A DNA stretch of 64,000 nt. Origin: Tubulanus polymorphus (lineage: Eukaryota; Animalia; Nemertea). This document shows, piece by piece, positions 42,680 through 54,998 of the stretch (position 1 is its first letter; the number at the start of each line of letters is the position of its first letter). The notes under the pieces are model-generated. The model made no database searches. It had not been told where the DNA came from and saw only the letters and a list, made by a program, of their open reading frames with translations. Made by a program: the position numbers and the translations under genes. The stretch is from the NCBI RefSeq assembly GCF_964204645.1, contig NW_027437431.1:62001-126000 (forward strand). Direction: 5' to 3'.

Positions 42680-44083
42680 ATGGGAACTAAGTCGAGAAAC
42701 TGGTCGTTCACAACCGACAATCGAGCAGAAGTCTGCCTCGAAAGTCAAATCGGAACGTCAACAGTAACCGTACACATAGGTCCGCAAGAAGATCCGGACG
42801 GTTACGCGCACGGAGTAATAATAACGTTAGCCAAAGGTACGCAACGACCGTTGAAACAGAGCGAAAACGCGATTAGACAACTGTTACACTCGCTAGGCAT
42901 TAGATTAGTTAACGACTACATCAAACCGACGGAAAAATTAGGCGCCTACATTCAATACATGTACAAAGAAGCCGACAAAATACCGGAAGAATTACGAGGT
43001 CACTTGGAGGTGAAAAACTCGAAAACGAACGACGACTTTTTCGGCCAAAAGATAAACGCGTTATACGCGGAATACCAACAAAGACCGGGACTAGCCGATT
43101 GGACGGCGAGAATAGTGAAGGAGTTCGGTTACAACGTACCCGAACTGAAAGTGAAAAGATCGTTTAAAAATTGGCCGGTAAGGGTAAAAGATATTACGAG
43201 AAACGCGGGTGACTTTGCGTTGAAAATGACGGACATAACAGAGCCGAAATTGACGCCGGAAATGGGAGTAGAAATTATAACGAAATGCCTGGATAACGTT
43301 CAATCGGCGATGTGGGATGGTAAACATATAAATAAACGTGACCTGCTGGTAATATTGGTGAACGCGGCGATCGAGGGAGGTACGAGTAAAATCAGAAACG
43401 CGCCTCATATAATATTTTACGGAGATGCCGGGTCTGGTAAATCGATGTTGGCTAAATTATTGTTCCCGGATTCGATTACGAGCCAAATGCCGACGGATTC
43501 GGAAGGCGTAGGAGCGTGCGAGATGGGAGGAGGACAACGTATATTCAAAGTCGACGACGCCAGCGACGCTTTTTGGCACAACTCGGGGTTGTTGTCGATG
43601 ATACTCGCGATGTACCAGTCCACCTGGGAGGCAAAAGTACATTCTAGTAAACAAAGTAACCCGCCGTGTATGACGGTAATTACGACGAATTGTAAGAATC
43701 CGTTAGAGAAGTTCGCCTCTACAGTAGCTTTGGAAGCTGTGGAAAGGAGATTCTTGTCGGTGTATTTCAAAGGTAAAGCAGATTTGGGAAACGTAGTTTA
43801 CGACATTACGCCGGGCGTATGCGAAGAAATATTAGAAATAATAGTTAACGAAATTAGACAAGGTAGATATCTGGACAACCAAGTCCACTTGGACGACTGG
43901 GAAACGGATGATGACGTGGTGATACCGTTCGAAAAAGAAAGAAACTTCATCGAAGCGTACCACGTAGGTCACATGTCGGACGCGATGCATCAGAATATGG
44001 AGGAAAGGTTAAAACGTAAACGTAAAGAAGAAGACGATACGAATGAAACTCTTAAGTTCGCTAAACGCGGGGAAATCCTGTAG
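42680..44083 (+). CDS. rep: Rep, copy 13
   Basis: Same protein as copy 1. Confidence 0.9.
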   Translation: MGTKSRNWSFTTDNRAEVCLESQIGTSTVTVHIGPQEDPDGYAHGVIITLAKGTQRPLKQSENAIRQLLHSLGIRLVNDYIKPTEKLGAYIQYMYKEADKIPEELRGHLEVKNSKTNDDFFGQKINALYAEYQQRPGLADWTARIVKEFGYNVPELKVKRSFKNWPVRVKDITRNAGDFALKMTDITEPKLTPEMGVEIITKCLDNVQSAMWDGKHINKRDLLVILVNAAIEGGTSKIRNAPHIIFYGDAGSGKSMLAKLLFPDSITSQMPTDSEGVGACEMGGGQRIFKVDDASDAFWHNSGLLSMILAMYQSTWEAKVHSSKQSNPPCMTVITTNCKNPLEKFASTVALEAVERRFLSVYFKGKADLGNVVYDITPGVCEEILEIIVNEIRQGRYLDNQVHLDDWETDDDVVIPFEKERNFIEAYHVGHMSDAMHQNMEERLKRKRKEEDDTNETLKFAKRGEIL

Positions 44084-44780
44084 TTGGCAATGTAAATAAA
44101 TCTATAAATAGAATTCTATAAATTTCTCAATTCGTTACTACCAGTGGACCCGCAGACCCGCGGACCCACTGGCTGTTCGTTTTTCATGGTCTACCCCCCC
44201 TTATATATATAATAAGGAAAGAGAAGGAGGGTCCGCGGGTCCGCGGGTCTGCGGTATTCTCTAAACCGAGAATCGAAAAGTTAATGAAACTAGGTCGGAA
44301 AGATAACAAATTATTATTCAATATATCCTAAAGCTTCTACGAGGTTGGTCACGCGCTCGCTACGCTCGCCAGCGTGACACAACCTCGTGGACGCTCCAAA
44401 GATAATGAGTATGTGCTTGATAATGAGTGAATTAATTGGGAACCCTATAGCGGGTAAAAGGTAAGAAGTAGAAATTATAGGGTTAGGGGTTATCATTATA
44501 CTCGGATGCCCACAGCCCGTGGTGGTCTGTGACAGTGGAGGTTAGTTAAAGTTCGAGGCGTGTGACTAGTCGGGGGGAATAACATAGGCGGCTACGCCGC
44601 GATAGTTAGTCGGCAAGGTCGGCTGCGCCTCCGGCGGTACAGATTACATCTGAGTGTATTAGTCTACCAACGGAAGCCCAAACCCTAAATAATATTAGTA
44701 GGAAAAATCTGAGTTAGAGGGTCGCAACCGGTTCAAACAATTTAACATCTCATACAGGTGACTCGTACTTTTAGTATCAA

Positions 44781-45863
44781 ATGCCATCGTTGAAACGGAG
44801 GCGAAACGGATTTACATTGCCCGGTTTACCACATTGCGGTCCATTCAACGATATATCCAGTTACAAAAGCGAAGGAATAGACGAAGTGTGCCGTATTCAC
44901 GACAAAGAGTACGGAGAACTGCAAGAGAAATACGGTAAATGGGCTCCGTACTTCCAGTACAATTCAGCGGATCAGACATTTTTGGACAGTGCTTCGGGTG
45001 TGAACGGTGTAGGTGCGAGACTAACGTCGAGTGTATTCAGAGCAAAACGGGCGTTATTTCCAACAATGGCGGAAGAACCGGCATTAAAAAGATCAAAGAG
45101 AACGGCGGAAACGGGGAGCGAAGAAGGGAACGCCCAACAAATGATGACTCACATGACGGAAAAGCCGTCACTACACTATAAGAGCGTGTTAATACATAGA
45201 GGTTACCTAACGTTTACGAATTGGGATCCGGACCAGGCGTACGGAGCATTCGGAAGAAAAGCGAAGATTTACTGTTCGGGAATGAGAACGTTTAACTTCG
45301 GATTAAAAGAAAGAGAAGGATGGAGAAGATTTCCAGCCAGCATGGATACCATAGGGATGTGGGATCAATTCAAAGTGACTTCGGGTAAAATAACGTTATA
45401 CCCCATAGCGAGCGAAAGCGCGGTAAGCTCTGATTCGAACGCGTTCCAAGATCCGATAGTATGGTTAAAGACGGCAGCCGATTGGGACTTGAAAGTGAAA
45501 GACTCGGCCGCCAATACTCACCAGGGATCGCCGTACGCCGATATAAATTTATTAACTCAAAAGCAAAGCTACAGGCAATACGAATTAGGTCGGGGATGCG
45601 TTAGCATGGGATTACCCATGTCGACCATAAGAACCGAAATACAAGACACGAGTGACCCGACAGACGTTACCAGATCGGTGAATATCGGGGATAACTCGGC
45701 GTGGTTAGACGGAGCGTACCGCGATCATTGGCAATCAGCCGCGCTCATTATGCAAATGTTAGTGTACAACGATTCGATACACGCGGATTTAAACACGCCC
45801 CATACAGAAATTATCGTTCCAGCGGAAGTGGAGTTTACGATGATTCATAGAAACAGAGTATAA
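44781..45863 (+). CDS. cap: PLA2-capsid protein, copy 14
   Basis: Same protein as copy 1. Confidence 0.88.
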   Translation: MPSLKRRRNGFTLPGLPHCGPFNDISSYKSEGIDEVCRIHDKEYGELQEKYGKWAPYFQYNSADQTFLDSASGVNGVGARLTSSVFRAKRALFPTMAEEPALKRSKRTAETGSEEGNAQQMMTHMTEKPSLHYKSVLIHRGYLTFTNWDPDQAYGAFGRKAKIYCSGMRTFNFGLKEREGWRRFPASMDTIGMWDQFKVTSGKITLYPIASESAVSSDSNAFQDPIVWLKTAADWDLKVKDSAANTHQGSPYADINLLTQKQSYRQYELGRGCVSMGLPMSTIRTEIQDTSDPTDVTRSVNIGDNSAWLDGAYRDHWQSAALIMQMLVYNDSIHADLNTPHTEIIVPAEVEFTMIHRNRV

Positions 45864-46085
45864 TATGATAATAACTTTCCTATTCTTGGCATCCGGTTTC
45901 CTACACGAGTACAAGTGGCACGTATATACTAAACGTATCATGAGTAGAACGCAACGATTCATGAAAATAAGAGACGAAGTGGCGAACGAGTGGGTCATCA
46001 AACACGACGTCAACGAAAATCGGGTACTAAGGGAACAACACATTACAGAAGTAGCGAAAAGGATATTCTACTACCGGGAAAAACA

Positions 46086-47489
46086 ATGGGAACTAAGTCG
46101 AGAAACTGGTCGTTCACAACCGACAATCGAGCAGAAGTCTGCCTCGAAAGTCAAATCGGAACGTCAACAGTAACCGTACACATAGGTCCGCAAGAAGATC
46201 CGGACGGTTACGCGCACGGAGTAATAATAACGTTAGCCAAAGGTACGCAACGACCGTTGAAACAGAGCGAAAACGCGATTAGACAACTGTTACACTCGCT
46301 AGGCATTAGATTAGTTAACGACTACATCAAACCGACGGAAAAATTAGGCGCCTACATTCAATACATGTACAAAGAAGCCGACAAAATACCGGAAGAATTA
46401 CGAGGTCACTTGGAGGTGAAAAACTCGAAAACGAACGACGACTTTTTCGGCCAAAAGATAAACGCGTTATACGCGGAATACCAACAAAGACCGGGACTAG
46501 CCGATTGGACGGCGAGAATAGTGAAGGAGTTCGGTTACAACGTACCCGAACTGAAAGTGAAAAGATCGTTTAAAAATTGGCCGGTAAGGGTAAAAGATAT
46601 TACGAGAAACGCGGGTGACTTTGCGTTGAAAATGACGGACATAACAGAGCCGAAATTGACGCCGGAAATGGGAGTAGAAATTATAACGAAATGCCTGGAT
46701 AACGTTCAATCGGCGATGTGGGATGGTAAACATATAAATAAACGTGACCTGCTGGTAATATTGGTGAACGCGGCGATCGAGGGAGGTACGAGTAAAATCA
46801 GAAACGCGCCTCATATAATATTTTACGGAGATGCCGGGTCTGGTAAATCGATGTTGGCTAAATTATTGTTCCCGGATTCGATTACGAGCCAAATGCCGAC
46901 GGATTCGGAAGGCGTAGGAGCGTGCGAGATGGGAGGAGGACAACGTATATTCAAAGTCGACGACGCCAGCGACGCTTTTTGGCACAACTCGGGGTTGTTG
47001 TCGATGATACTCGCGATGTACCAGTCCACCTGGGAGGCAAAAGTACATTCTAGTAAACAAAGTAACCCGCCGTGTATGACGGTAATTACGACGAATTGTA
47101 AGAATCCGTTAGAGAAGTTCGCCTCTACAGTAGCTTTGGAAGCTGTGGAAAGGAGATTCTTGTCGGTGTATTTCAAAGGTAAAGCAGATTTGGGAAACGT
47201 AGTTTACGACATTACGCCGGGCGTATGCGAAGAAATATTAGAAATAATAGTTAACGAAATTAGACAAGGTAGATATCTGGACAACCAAGTCCACTTGGAC
47301 GACTGGGAAACGGATGATGACGTGGTGATACCGTTCGAAAAAGAAAGAAACTTCATCGAAGCGTACCACGTAGGTCACATGTCGGACGCGATGCATCAGA
47401 ATATGGAGGAAAGGTTAAAACGTAAACGTAAAGAAGAAGACGATACGAATGAAACTCTTAAGTTCGCTAAACGCGGGGAAATCCTGTAG
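46086..47489 (+). CDS. rep: Rep, copy 14
   Basis: Same protein as copy 1. Confidence 0.9.
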   Translation: MGTKSRNWSFTTDNRAEVCLESQIGTSTVTVHIGPQEDPDGYAHGVIITLAKGTQRPLKQSENAIRQLLHSLGIRLVNDYIKPTEKLGAYIQYMYKEADKIPEELRGHLEVKNSKTNDDFFGQKINALYAEYQQRPGLADWTARIVKEFGYNVPELKVKRSFKNWPVRVKDITRNAGDFALKMTDITEPKLTPEMGVEIITKCLDNVQSAMWDGKHINKRDLLVILVNAAIEGGTSKIRNAPHIIFYGDAGSGKSMLAKLLFPDSITSQMPTDSEGVGACEMGGGQRIFKVDDASDAFWHNSGLLSMILAMYQSTWEAKVHSSKQSNPPCMTVITTNCKNPLEKFASTVALEAVERRFLSVYFKGKADLGNVVYDITPGVCEEILEIIVNEIRQGRYLDNQVHLDDWETDDDVVIPFEKERNFIEAYHVGHMSDAMHQNMEERLKRKRKEEDDTNETLKFAKRGEIL

Positions 47490-48186
47490 TTGGCAATGTA
47501 AATAAATCTATAAATAGAATTCTATAAATTTCTCAATTCGTTACTACCAGTGGACCCGCAGACCCGCGGACCCACTGGCTGTTCGTTTTTCATGGTCTAC
47601 CCCCCCTTATATATATAATAAGGAAAGAGAAGGAGGGTCCGCGGGTCCGCGGGTCTGCGGTATTCTCTAAACCGAGAATCGAAAAGTTAATGAAACTAGG
47701 TCGGAAAGATAACAAATTATTATTCAATATATCCTAAAGCTTCTACGAGGTTGGTCACGCGCTCGCTACGCTCGCCAGCGTGACACAACCTCGTGGACGC
47801 TCCAAAGATAATGAGTATGTGCTTGATAATGAGTGAATTAATTGGGAACCCTATAGCGGGTAAAAGGTAAGAAGTAGAAATTATAGGGTTAGGGGTTATC
47901 ATTATACTCGGATGCCCACAGCCCGTGGTGGTCTGTGACAGTGGAGGTTAGTTAAAGTTCGAGGCGTGTGACTAGTCGGGGGGAATAACATAGGCGGCTA
48001 CGCCGCGATAGTTAGTCGGCAAGGTCGGCTGCGCCTCCGGCGGTACAGATTACATCTGAGTGTATTAGTCTACCAACGGAAGCCCAAACCCTAAATAATA
48101 TTAGTCGGAAAAATCTGAGTTAGAGGGTCGCAACCGGTTCAAACAATTTAACATCTCATACAGGTGACTCGTACTTTTAGTATCAA

Positions 48187-49269
48187 ATGCCATCGTTGAA
48201 ACGGAGGCGAAACGGATTTACATTGCCCGGTTTACCACATTGCGGTCCATTCAACGATATATCCAGTTACAAAAGCGAAGGAATAGACGAAGTGTGCCGT
48301 ATTCACGACAAAGAGTACGGAGAACTGCAAGAGAAATACGGTAAATGGGCTCCGTACTTCCAGTACAATTCAGCGGATCAGACATTTTTGGACAGTGCTT
48401 CGGGTGTGAACGGTGTAGGTGCGAGACTAACGTCGAGTGTATTCAGAGCAAAACGGGCGTTATTTCCAACAATGGCGGAAGAACCGGCATTAAAAAGATC
48501 AAAGAGAACGGCGGAAACGGGGAGCGAAGAAGGGAACGCCCAACAAATGATGACTCACATGACGGAAAAGCCGTCACTACACTATAAGAGCGTGTTAATA
48601 CATAGAGGTTACCTAACGTTTACGAATTGGGATCCGGACCAGGCGTACGGAGCATTCGGAAGAAAAGCGAAGATTTACTGTTCGGGAATGAGAACGTTTA
48701 ACTTCGGATTAAAAGAAAGAGAAGGATGGAGAAGATTTCCAGCCAGCATGGATACCATAGGGATGTGGGATCAATTCAAAGTGACTTCGGGTAAAATAAC
48801 GTTATACCCCATAGCGAGCGAAAGCGCGGTAAGCTCTGATTCGAACGCGTTCCAAGATCCGATAGTATGGTTAAAGACGGCAGCCGATTGGGACTTGAAA
48901 GTGAAAGACTCGGCCGCCAATACTCACCAGGGATCGCCGTACGCCGATATAAATTTATTAACTCAAAAGCAAAGCTACAGGCAATACGAATTAGGTCGGG
49001 GATGCGTTAGCATGGGATTACCCATGTCGACCATAAGAACCGAAATACAAGACACGAGTGACCCGACAGACGTTACCAGATCGGTGAATATCGGGGATAA
49101 CTCGGCGTGGTTAGACGGAGCGTACCGCGATCATTGGCAATCAGCCGCGCTCATTATGCAAATGTTAGTGTACAACGATTCGATACACGCGGATTTAAAC
49201 ACGCCCCATACAGAAATTATCGTTCCAGCGGAAGTGGAGTTTACGATGATTCATAGAAACAGAGTATAA
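48187..49269 (+). CDS. cap: PLA2-capsid protein, copy 15
   Basis: Same protein as copy 1. Confidence 0.88.
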   Translation: MPSLKRRRNGFTLPGLPHCGPFNDISSYKSEGIDEVCRIHDKEYGELQEKYGKWAPYFQYNSADQTFLDSASGVNGVGARLTSSVFRAKRALFPTMAEEPALKRSKRTAETGSEEGNAQQMMTHMTEKPSLHYKSVLIHRGYLTFTNWDPDQAYGAFGRKAKIYCSGMRTFNFGLKEREGWRRFPASMDTIGMWDQFKVTSGKITLYPIASESAVSSDSNAFQDPIVWLKTAADWDLKVKDSAANTHQGSPYADINLLTQKQSYRQYELGRGCVSMGLPMSTIRTEIQDTSDPTDVTRSVNIGDNSAWLDGAYRDHWQSAALIMQMLVYNDSIHADLNTPHTEIIVPAEVEFTMIHRNRV

Positions 49270-49491
49270 TATGATAATAACTTTCCTATTCTTGGCATCC
49301 GGTTTCCTACACGAGTACAAGTGGCACGTATATACTAAACGTATCATGAGTAGAACGCAACGATTCATGAAAATAAGAGACGAAGTGGCGAACGAGTGGG
49401 TCATCAAACACGACGTCAACGAAAATCGGGTACTAAGGGAACAACACATTACAGAAGTAGCGAAAAGGATATTCTACTACCGGGAAAAACA

Positions 49492-50895
49492 ATGGGAACT
49501 AAGTCGAGAAACTGGTCGTTCACAACCGACAATCGAGCAGAAGTCTGCCTCGAAAGTCAAATCGGAACGTCAACAGTAACCGTACACATAGGTCCGCAAG
49601 AAGATCCGGACGGTTACGCGCACGGAGTAATAATAACGTTAGCCAAAGGTACGCAACGACCGTTGAAACAGAGCGAAAACGCGATTAGACAACTGTTACA
49701 CTCGCTAGGCATTAGATTAGTTAACGACTACATCAAACCGACGGAAAAATTAGGCGCCTACATTCAATACATGTACAAAGAAGCCGACAAAATACCGGAA
49801 GAATTACGAGGTCACTTGGAGGTGAAAAACTCGAAAACGAACGACGACTTTTTCGGCCAAAAGATAAACGCGTTATACGCGGAATACCAACAAAGACCGG
49901 GACTAGCCGATTGGACGGCGAGAATAGTGAAGGAGTTCGGTTACAACGTACCCGAACTGAAAGTGAAAAGATCGTTTAAAAATTGGCCGGTAAGGGTAAA
50001 AGATATTACGAGAAACGCGGGTGACTTTGCGTTGAAAATGACGGACATAACAGAGCCGAAATTGACGCCGGAAATGGGAGTAGAAATTATAACGAAATGC
50101 CTGGATAACGTTCAATCGGCGATGTGGGATGGTAAACATATAAATAAACGTGACCTGCTGGTAATATTGGTGAACGCGGCGATCGAGGGAGGTACGAGTA
50201 AAATCAGAAACGCGCCTCATATAATATTTTACGGAGATGCCGGGTCTGGTAAATCGATGTTGGCTAAATTATTGTTCCCGGATTCGATTACGAGCCAAAT
50301 GCCGACGGATTCGGAAGGCGTAGGAGCGTGCGAGATGGGAGGAGGACAACGTATATTCAAAGTCGACGACGCCAGCGACGCTTTTTGGCACAACTCGGGG
50401 TTGTTGTCGATGATACTCGCGATGTACCAGTCCACCTGGGAGGCAAAAGTACATTCTAGTAAACAAAGTAACCCGCCGTGTATGACGGTAATTACGACGA
50501 ATTGTAAGAATCCGTTAGAGAAGTTCGCCTCTACAGTAGCTTTGGAAGCTGTGGAAAGGAGATTCTTGTCGGTGTATTTCAAAGGTAAAGCAGATTTGGG
50601 AAACGTAGTTTACGACATTACGCCGGGCGTATGCGAAGAAATATTAGAAATAATAGTTAACGAAATTAGACAAGGTAGATATCTGGACAACCAAGTCCAC
50701 TTGGACGACTGGGAAACGGATGATGACGTGGTGATACCGTTCGAAAAAGAAAGAAACTTCATCGAAGCGTACCACGTAGGTCACATGTCGGACGCGATGC
50801 ATCAGAATATGGAGGAAAGGTTAAAACGTAAACGTAAAGAAGAAGACGATACGAATGAAACTCTTAAGTTCGCTAAACGCGGGGAAATCCTGTAG
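49492..50895 (+). CDS. rep: Rep, copy 15
   Basis: Same protein as copy 1. Confidence 0.9.
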   Translation: MGTKSRNWSFTTDNRAEVCLESQIGTSTVTVHIGPQEDPDGYAHGVIITLAKGTQRPLKQSENAIRQLLHSLGIRLVNDYIKPTEKLGAYIQYMYKEADKIPEELRGHLEVKNSKTNDDFFGQKINALYAEYQQRPGLADWTARIVKEFGYNVPELKVKRSFKNWPVRVKDITRNAGDFALKMTDITEPKLTPEMGVEIITKCLDNVQSAMWDGKHINKRDLLVILVNAAIEGGTSKIRNAPHIIFYGDAGSGKSMLAKLLFPDSITSQMPTDSEGVGACEMGGGQRIFKVDDASDAFWHNSGLLSMILAMYQSTWEAKVHSSKQSNPPCMTVITTNCKNPLEKFASTVALEAVERRFLSVYFKGKADLGNVVYDITPGVCEEILEIIVNEIRQGRYLDNQVHLDDWETDDDVVIPFEKERNFIEAYHVGHMSDAMHQNMEERLKRKRKEEDDTNETLKFAKRGEIL

Positions 50896-51592
50896 TTGGC
50901 AATGTAAATAAATCTATAAATAGAATTCTATAAATTTCTCAATTCGTTACTACCAGTGGACCCGCAGACCCGCGGACCCACTGGCTGTTCGTTTTTCATG
51001 GTCTACCCCCCCTTATATATATAATAAGGAAAGAGAAGGAGGGTCCGCGGGTCCGCGGGTCTGCGGTATTCTCTAAACCGAGAATCGAAAAGTTAATGAA
51101 ACTAGGTCGGAAAGATAACAAATTATTATTCAATATATCCTAAAGCTTCTACGAGGTTGGTCACGCGCTCGCTACGCTCGCCAGCGTGACACAACCTCGT
51201 GGACGCTCCAAAGATAATGAGTATGTGCTTGATAATGAGTGAATTAATTGGGAACCCTATAGCGGGTAAAAGGTAAGAAGTAGAAATTATAGGGTTAGGG
51301 GTTATCATTATACTCGGATGCCCACAGCCCGTGGTGGTCTGTGACAGTGGAGGTTAGTTAAAGTTCGAGGCGTGTGACTAGTCGGGGGGAATAACATAGG
51401 CGGCTACGCCGCGATAGTTAGTCGGCAAGGTCGGCTGCGCCTCCGGCGGTACAGATTACATCTGAGTGTATTAGTCTACCAACGGAAGCCCAAACCCTAA
51501 ATAATATTAGTCGGAAAAATCTGAGTTAGAGGGTCGCAACCGGTTCAAACAATTTAACATCTCATACAGGTGACTCGTACTTTTAGTATCAA

Positions 51593-52675
51593 ATGCCATC
51601 GTTGAAACGGAGGCGAAACGGATTTACATTGCCCGGTTTACCACATTGCGGTCCATTCAACGATATATCCAGTTACAAAAGCGAAGGAATAGACGAAGTG
51701 TGCCGTATTCACGACAAAGAGTACGGAGAACTGCAAGAGAAATACGGTAAATGGGCTCCGTACTTCCAGTACAATTCAGCGGATCAGACATTTTTGGACA
51801 GTGCTTCGGGTGTGAACGGTGTAGGTGCGAGACTAACGTCGAGTGTATTCAGAGCAAAACGGGCGTTATTTCCAACAATGGCGGAAGAACCGGCATTAAA
51901 AAGATCAAAGAGAACGGCGGAAACGGGGAGCGAAGAAGGGAACGCCCAACAAATGATGACTCACATGACGGAAAAGCCGTCACTACACTATAAGAGCGTG
52001 TTAATACATAGAGGTTACCTAACGTTTACGAATTGGGATCCGGACCAGGCGTACGGAGCATTCGGAAGAAAAGCGAAGATTTACTGTTCGGGAATGAGAA
52101 CGTTTAACTTCGGATTAAAAGAAAGAGAAGGATGGAGAAGATTTCCAGCCAGCATGGATACCATAGGGATGTGGGATCAATTCAAAGTGACTTCGGGTAA
52201 AATAACGTTATACCCCATAGCGAGCGAAAGCGCGGTAAGCTCTGATTCGAACGCGTTCCAAGATCCGATAGTATGGTTAAAGACGGCAGCCGATTGGGAC
52301 TTGAAAGTGAAAGACTCGGCCGCCAATACTCACCAGGGATCGCCGTACGCCGATATAAATTTATTAACTCAAAAGCAAAGCTACAGGCAATACGAATTAG
52401 GTCGGGGATGCGTTAGCATGGGATTACCCATGTCGACCATAAGAACCGAAATACAAGACACGAGTGACCCGACAGACGTTACCAGATCGGTGAATATCGG
52501 GGATAACTCGGCGTGATTAGACGGAGCGTACCGCGATCATTGGCAATCAGCCGCGCTCATTATGCAAATGTTAGTGTACAACGATTCGATACACGCGGAT
52601 TTAAACACGCCCCATACAGAAATTATCGTTCCAGCGGAAGTGGAGTTTACGATGATTCATAGAAACAGAGTATAA
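51593..52675 (+). pseudogene. cap: Capsid gene copy 16 with premature stop (W308*; 307-aa product)
   Basis: TGG>TGA at 52514-52516; the rest of the gene is intact downstream. Confidence 0.8.
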
Positions 52676-52897
52676 TATGATAATAACTTTCCTATTCTTG
52701 GCATCCGGTTTCCTACACGAGTACAAGTGGCACGTATATACTAAACGTATCATGAGTAGAACGCAACGATTCATGAAAATAAGAGACGAAGTGGCGAACG
52801 AGTGGGTCATCAAACACGACGTCAACGAAAATCGGGTACTAAGGGAACAACACATTACAGAAGTAGCGAAAAGGATATTCTACTACCGGGAAAAACA

Positions 52898-54301
52898 ATG
52901 GGAACTAAGTCGAGAAACTGGTCGTTCACAACCGACAATCGAGCAGAAGTCTGCCTCGAAAGTCAAATCGGAACGTCAACAGTAACCGTACACATAGGTC
53001 CGCAAGAAGATCCGGACGGTTACGCGCACGGAGTAATAATAACGTTAGCCAAAGGTACGCAACGACCGTTGAAACAGAGCGAAAACGCGATTAGACAACT
53101 GTTACACTCGCTAGGCATTAGATTAGTTAACGACTACATCAAACCGACGGAAAAATTAGGCGCCTACATTCAATACATGTACAAAGAAGCCGACAAAATA
53201 CCGGAAGAATTACGAGGTCACTTGGAGGTGAAAAACTCGAAAACGAACGACGACTTTTTCGGCCAAAAGATAAACGCGTTATACGCGGAATACCAACAAA
53301 GACCGGGACTAGCCGATTGGACGGCGAGAATAGTGAAGGAGTTCGGTTACAACGTACCCGAACTGAAAGTGAAAAGATCGTTTAAAAATTGGCCGGTAAG
53401 GGTAAAAGATATTACGAGAAACGCGGGTGACTTTGCGTTGAAAATGACGGACATAACAGAGCCGAAATTGACGCCGGAAATGGGAGTAGAAATTATAACG
53501 AAATGCCTGGATAACGTTCAATCGGCGATGTGGGATGGTAAACATATAAATAAACGTGACCTGCTGGTAATATTGGTGAACGCGGCGATCGAGGGAGGTA
53601 CGAGTAAAATCAGAAACGCGCCTCATATAATATTTTACGGAGATGCCGGGTCTGGTAAATCGATGTTGGCTAAATTATTGTTCCCGGATTCGATTACGAG
53701 CCAAATGCCGACGGATTCGGAAGGCGTAGGAGCGTGCGAGATGGGAGGAGGACAACGTATATTCAAAGTCGACGACGCCAGCGACGCTTTTTGGCACAAC
53801 TCGGGGTTGTTGTCGATGATACTCGCGATGTACCAGTCCACCTGGGAGGCAAAAGTACATTCTAGTAAACAAAGTAACCCGCCGTGTATGACGGTAATTA
53901 CGACGAATTGTAAGAATCCGTTAGAGAAGTTCGCCTCTACAGTAGCTTTGGAAGCTGTGGAAAGGAGATTCTTGTCGGTGTATTTCAAAGGTAAAGCAGA
54001 TTTGGGAAACGTAGTTTACGACATTACGCCGGGCGTATGCGAAGAAATATTAGAAATAATAGTTAACGAAATTAGACAAGGTAGATATCTGGACAACCAA
54101 GTCCACTTGGACGACTGGGAAACGGATGATGACGTGGTGATACCGTTCGAAAAAGAAAGAAACTTCATCGAAGCGTACCACGTAGGTCACATGTCGGACG
54201 CGATGCATCAGAATATGGAGGAAAGGTTAAAACGTAAACGTAAAGAAGAAGACGATACGAATGAAACTCTTAAGTTCGCTAAACGCGGGGAAATCCTGTA
54301 G
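52898..54301 (+). CDS. rep: Rep, copy 16
   Basis: Same protein as copy 1. Confidence 0.9.
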   Translation: MGTKSRNWSFTTDNRAEVCLESQIGTSTVTVHIGPQEDPDGYAHGVIITLAKGTQRPLKQSENAIRQLLHSLGIRLVNDYIKPTEKLGAYIQYMYKEADKIPEELRGHLEVKNSKTNDDFFGQKINALYAEYQQRPGLADWTARIVKEFGYNVPELKVKRSFKNWPVRVKDITRNAGDFALKMTDITEPKLTPEMGVEIITKCLDNVQSAMWDGKHINKRDLLVILVNAAIEGGTSKIRNAPHIIFYGDAGSGKSMLAKLLFPDSITSQMPTDSEGVGACEMGGGQRIFKVDDASDAFWHNSGLLSMILAMYQSTWEAKVHSSKQSNPPCMTVITTNCKNPLEKFASTVALEAVERRFLSVYFKGKADLGNVVYDITPGVCEEILEIIVNEIRQGRYLDNQVHLDDWETDDDVVIPFEKERNFIEAYHVGHMSDAMHQNMEERLKRKRKEEDDTNETLKFAKRGEIL

Positions 54302-54998
54302 TTGGCAATGTAAATAAATCTATAAATAGAATTCTATAAATTTCTCAATTCGTTACTACCAGTGGACCCGCAGACCCGCGGACCCACTGGCTGTTCGTTT
54401 TTCATGGTCTACCCCCCCTTATATATATAATAAGGAAAGAGAAGGAGGGTCCGCGGGTCCGCGGGTCTGCGGTATTCTCTAAACCGAGAATCGAAAAGTT
54501 AATGAAACTAGGTCGGAAAGATAACAAATTATTATTCAATATATCCTAAAGCTTCTACGAGGTTGGTCACGCGCTCGCTACGCTCGCCAGCGTGACACAA
54601 CCTCGTGGACGCTCCAAAGATAATGAGTATGTGCTTGATAATGAGTGAATTAATTGGGAACCCTATAGCGGGTAAAAGGTAAGAAGTAGAAATTATAGGG
54701 TTAGGGGTTATCATTATACTCGGATGCCCACAGCCCGTGGTGGTCTGTGACAGTGGAGGTTAGTTAAAGTTCGAGGCGTGTGACTAGTCGGGGGGAATAA
54801 CATAGGCGGCTACGCCGCGATAGTTAGTCGGCAAGGTCGGCTGCGCCTCCGGCGGTACAGATTACATCTGAGTGTATTAGTCTACCAACGGAAGCCCAAA
54901 CCCTAAATAATATTAGTCGGAAAAATCTGAGTTAGAGGGTCGCAACCGGTTCAAACAATTTAACATCTCATACAGGTGACTCGTACTTTTAGTATCAA

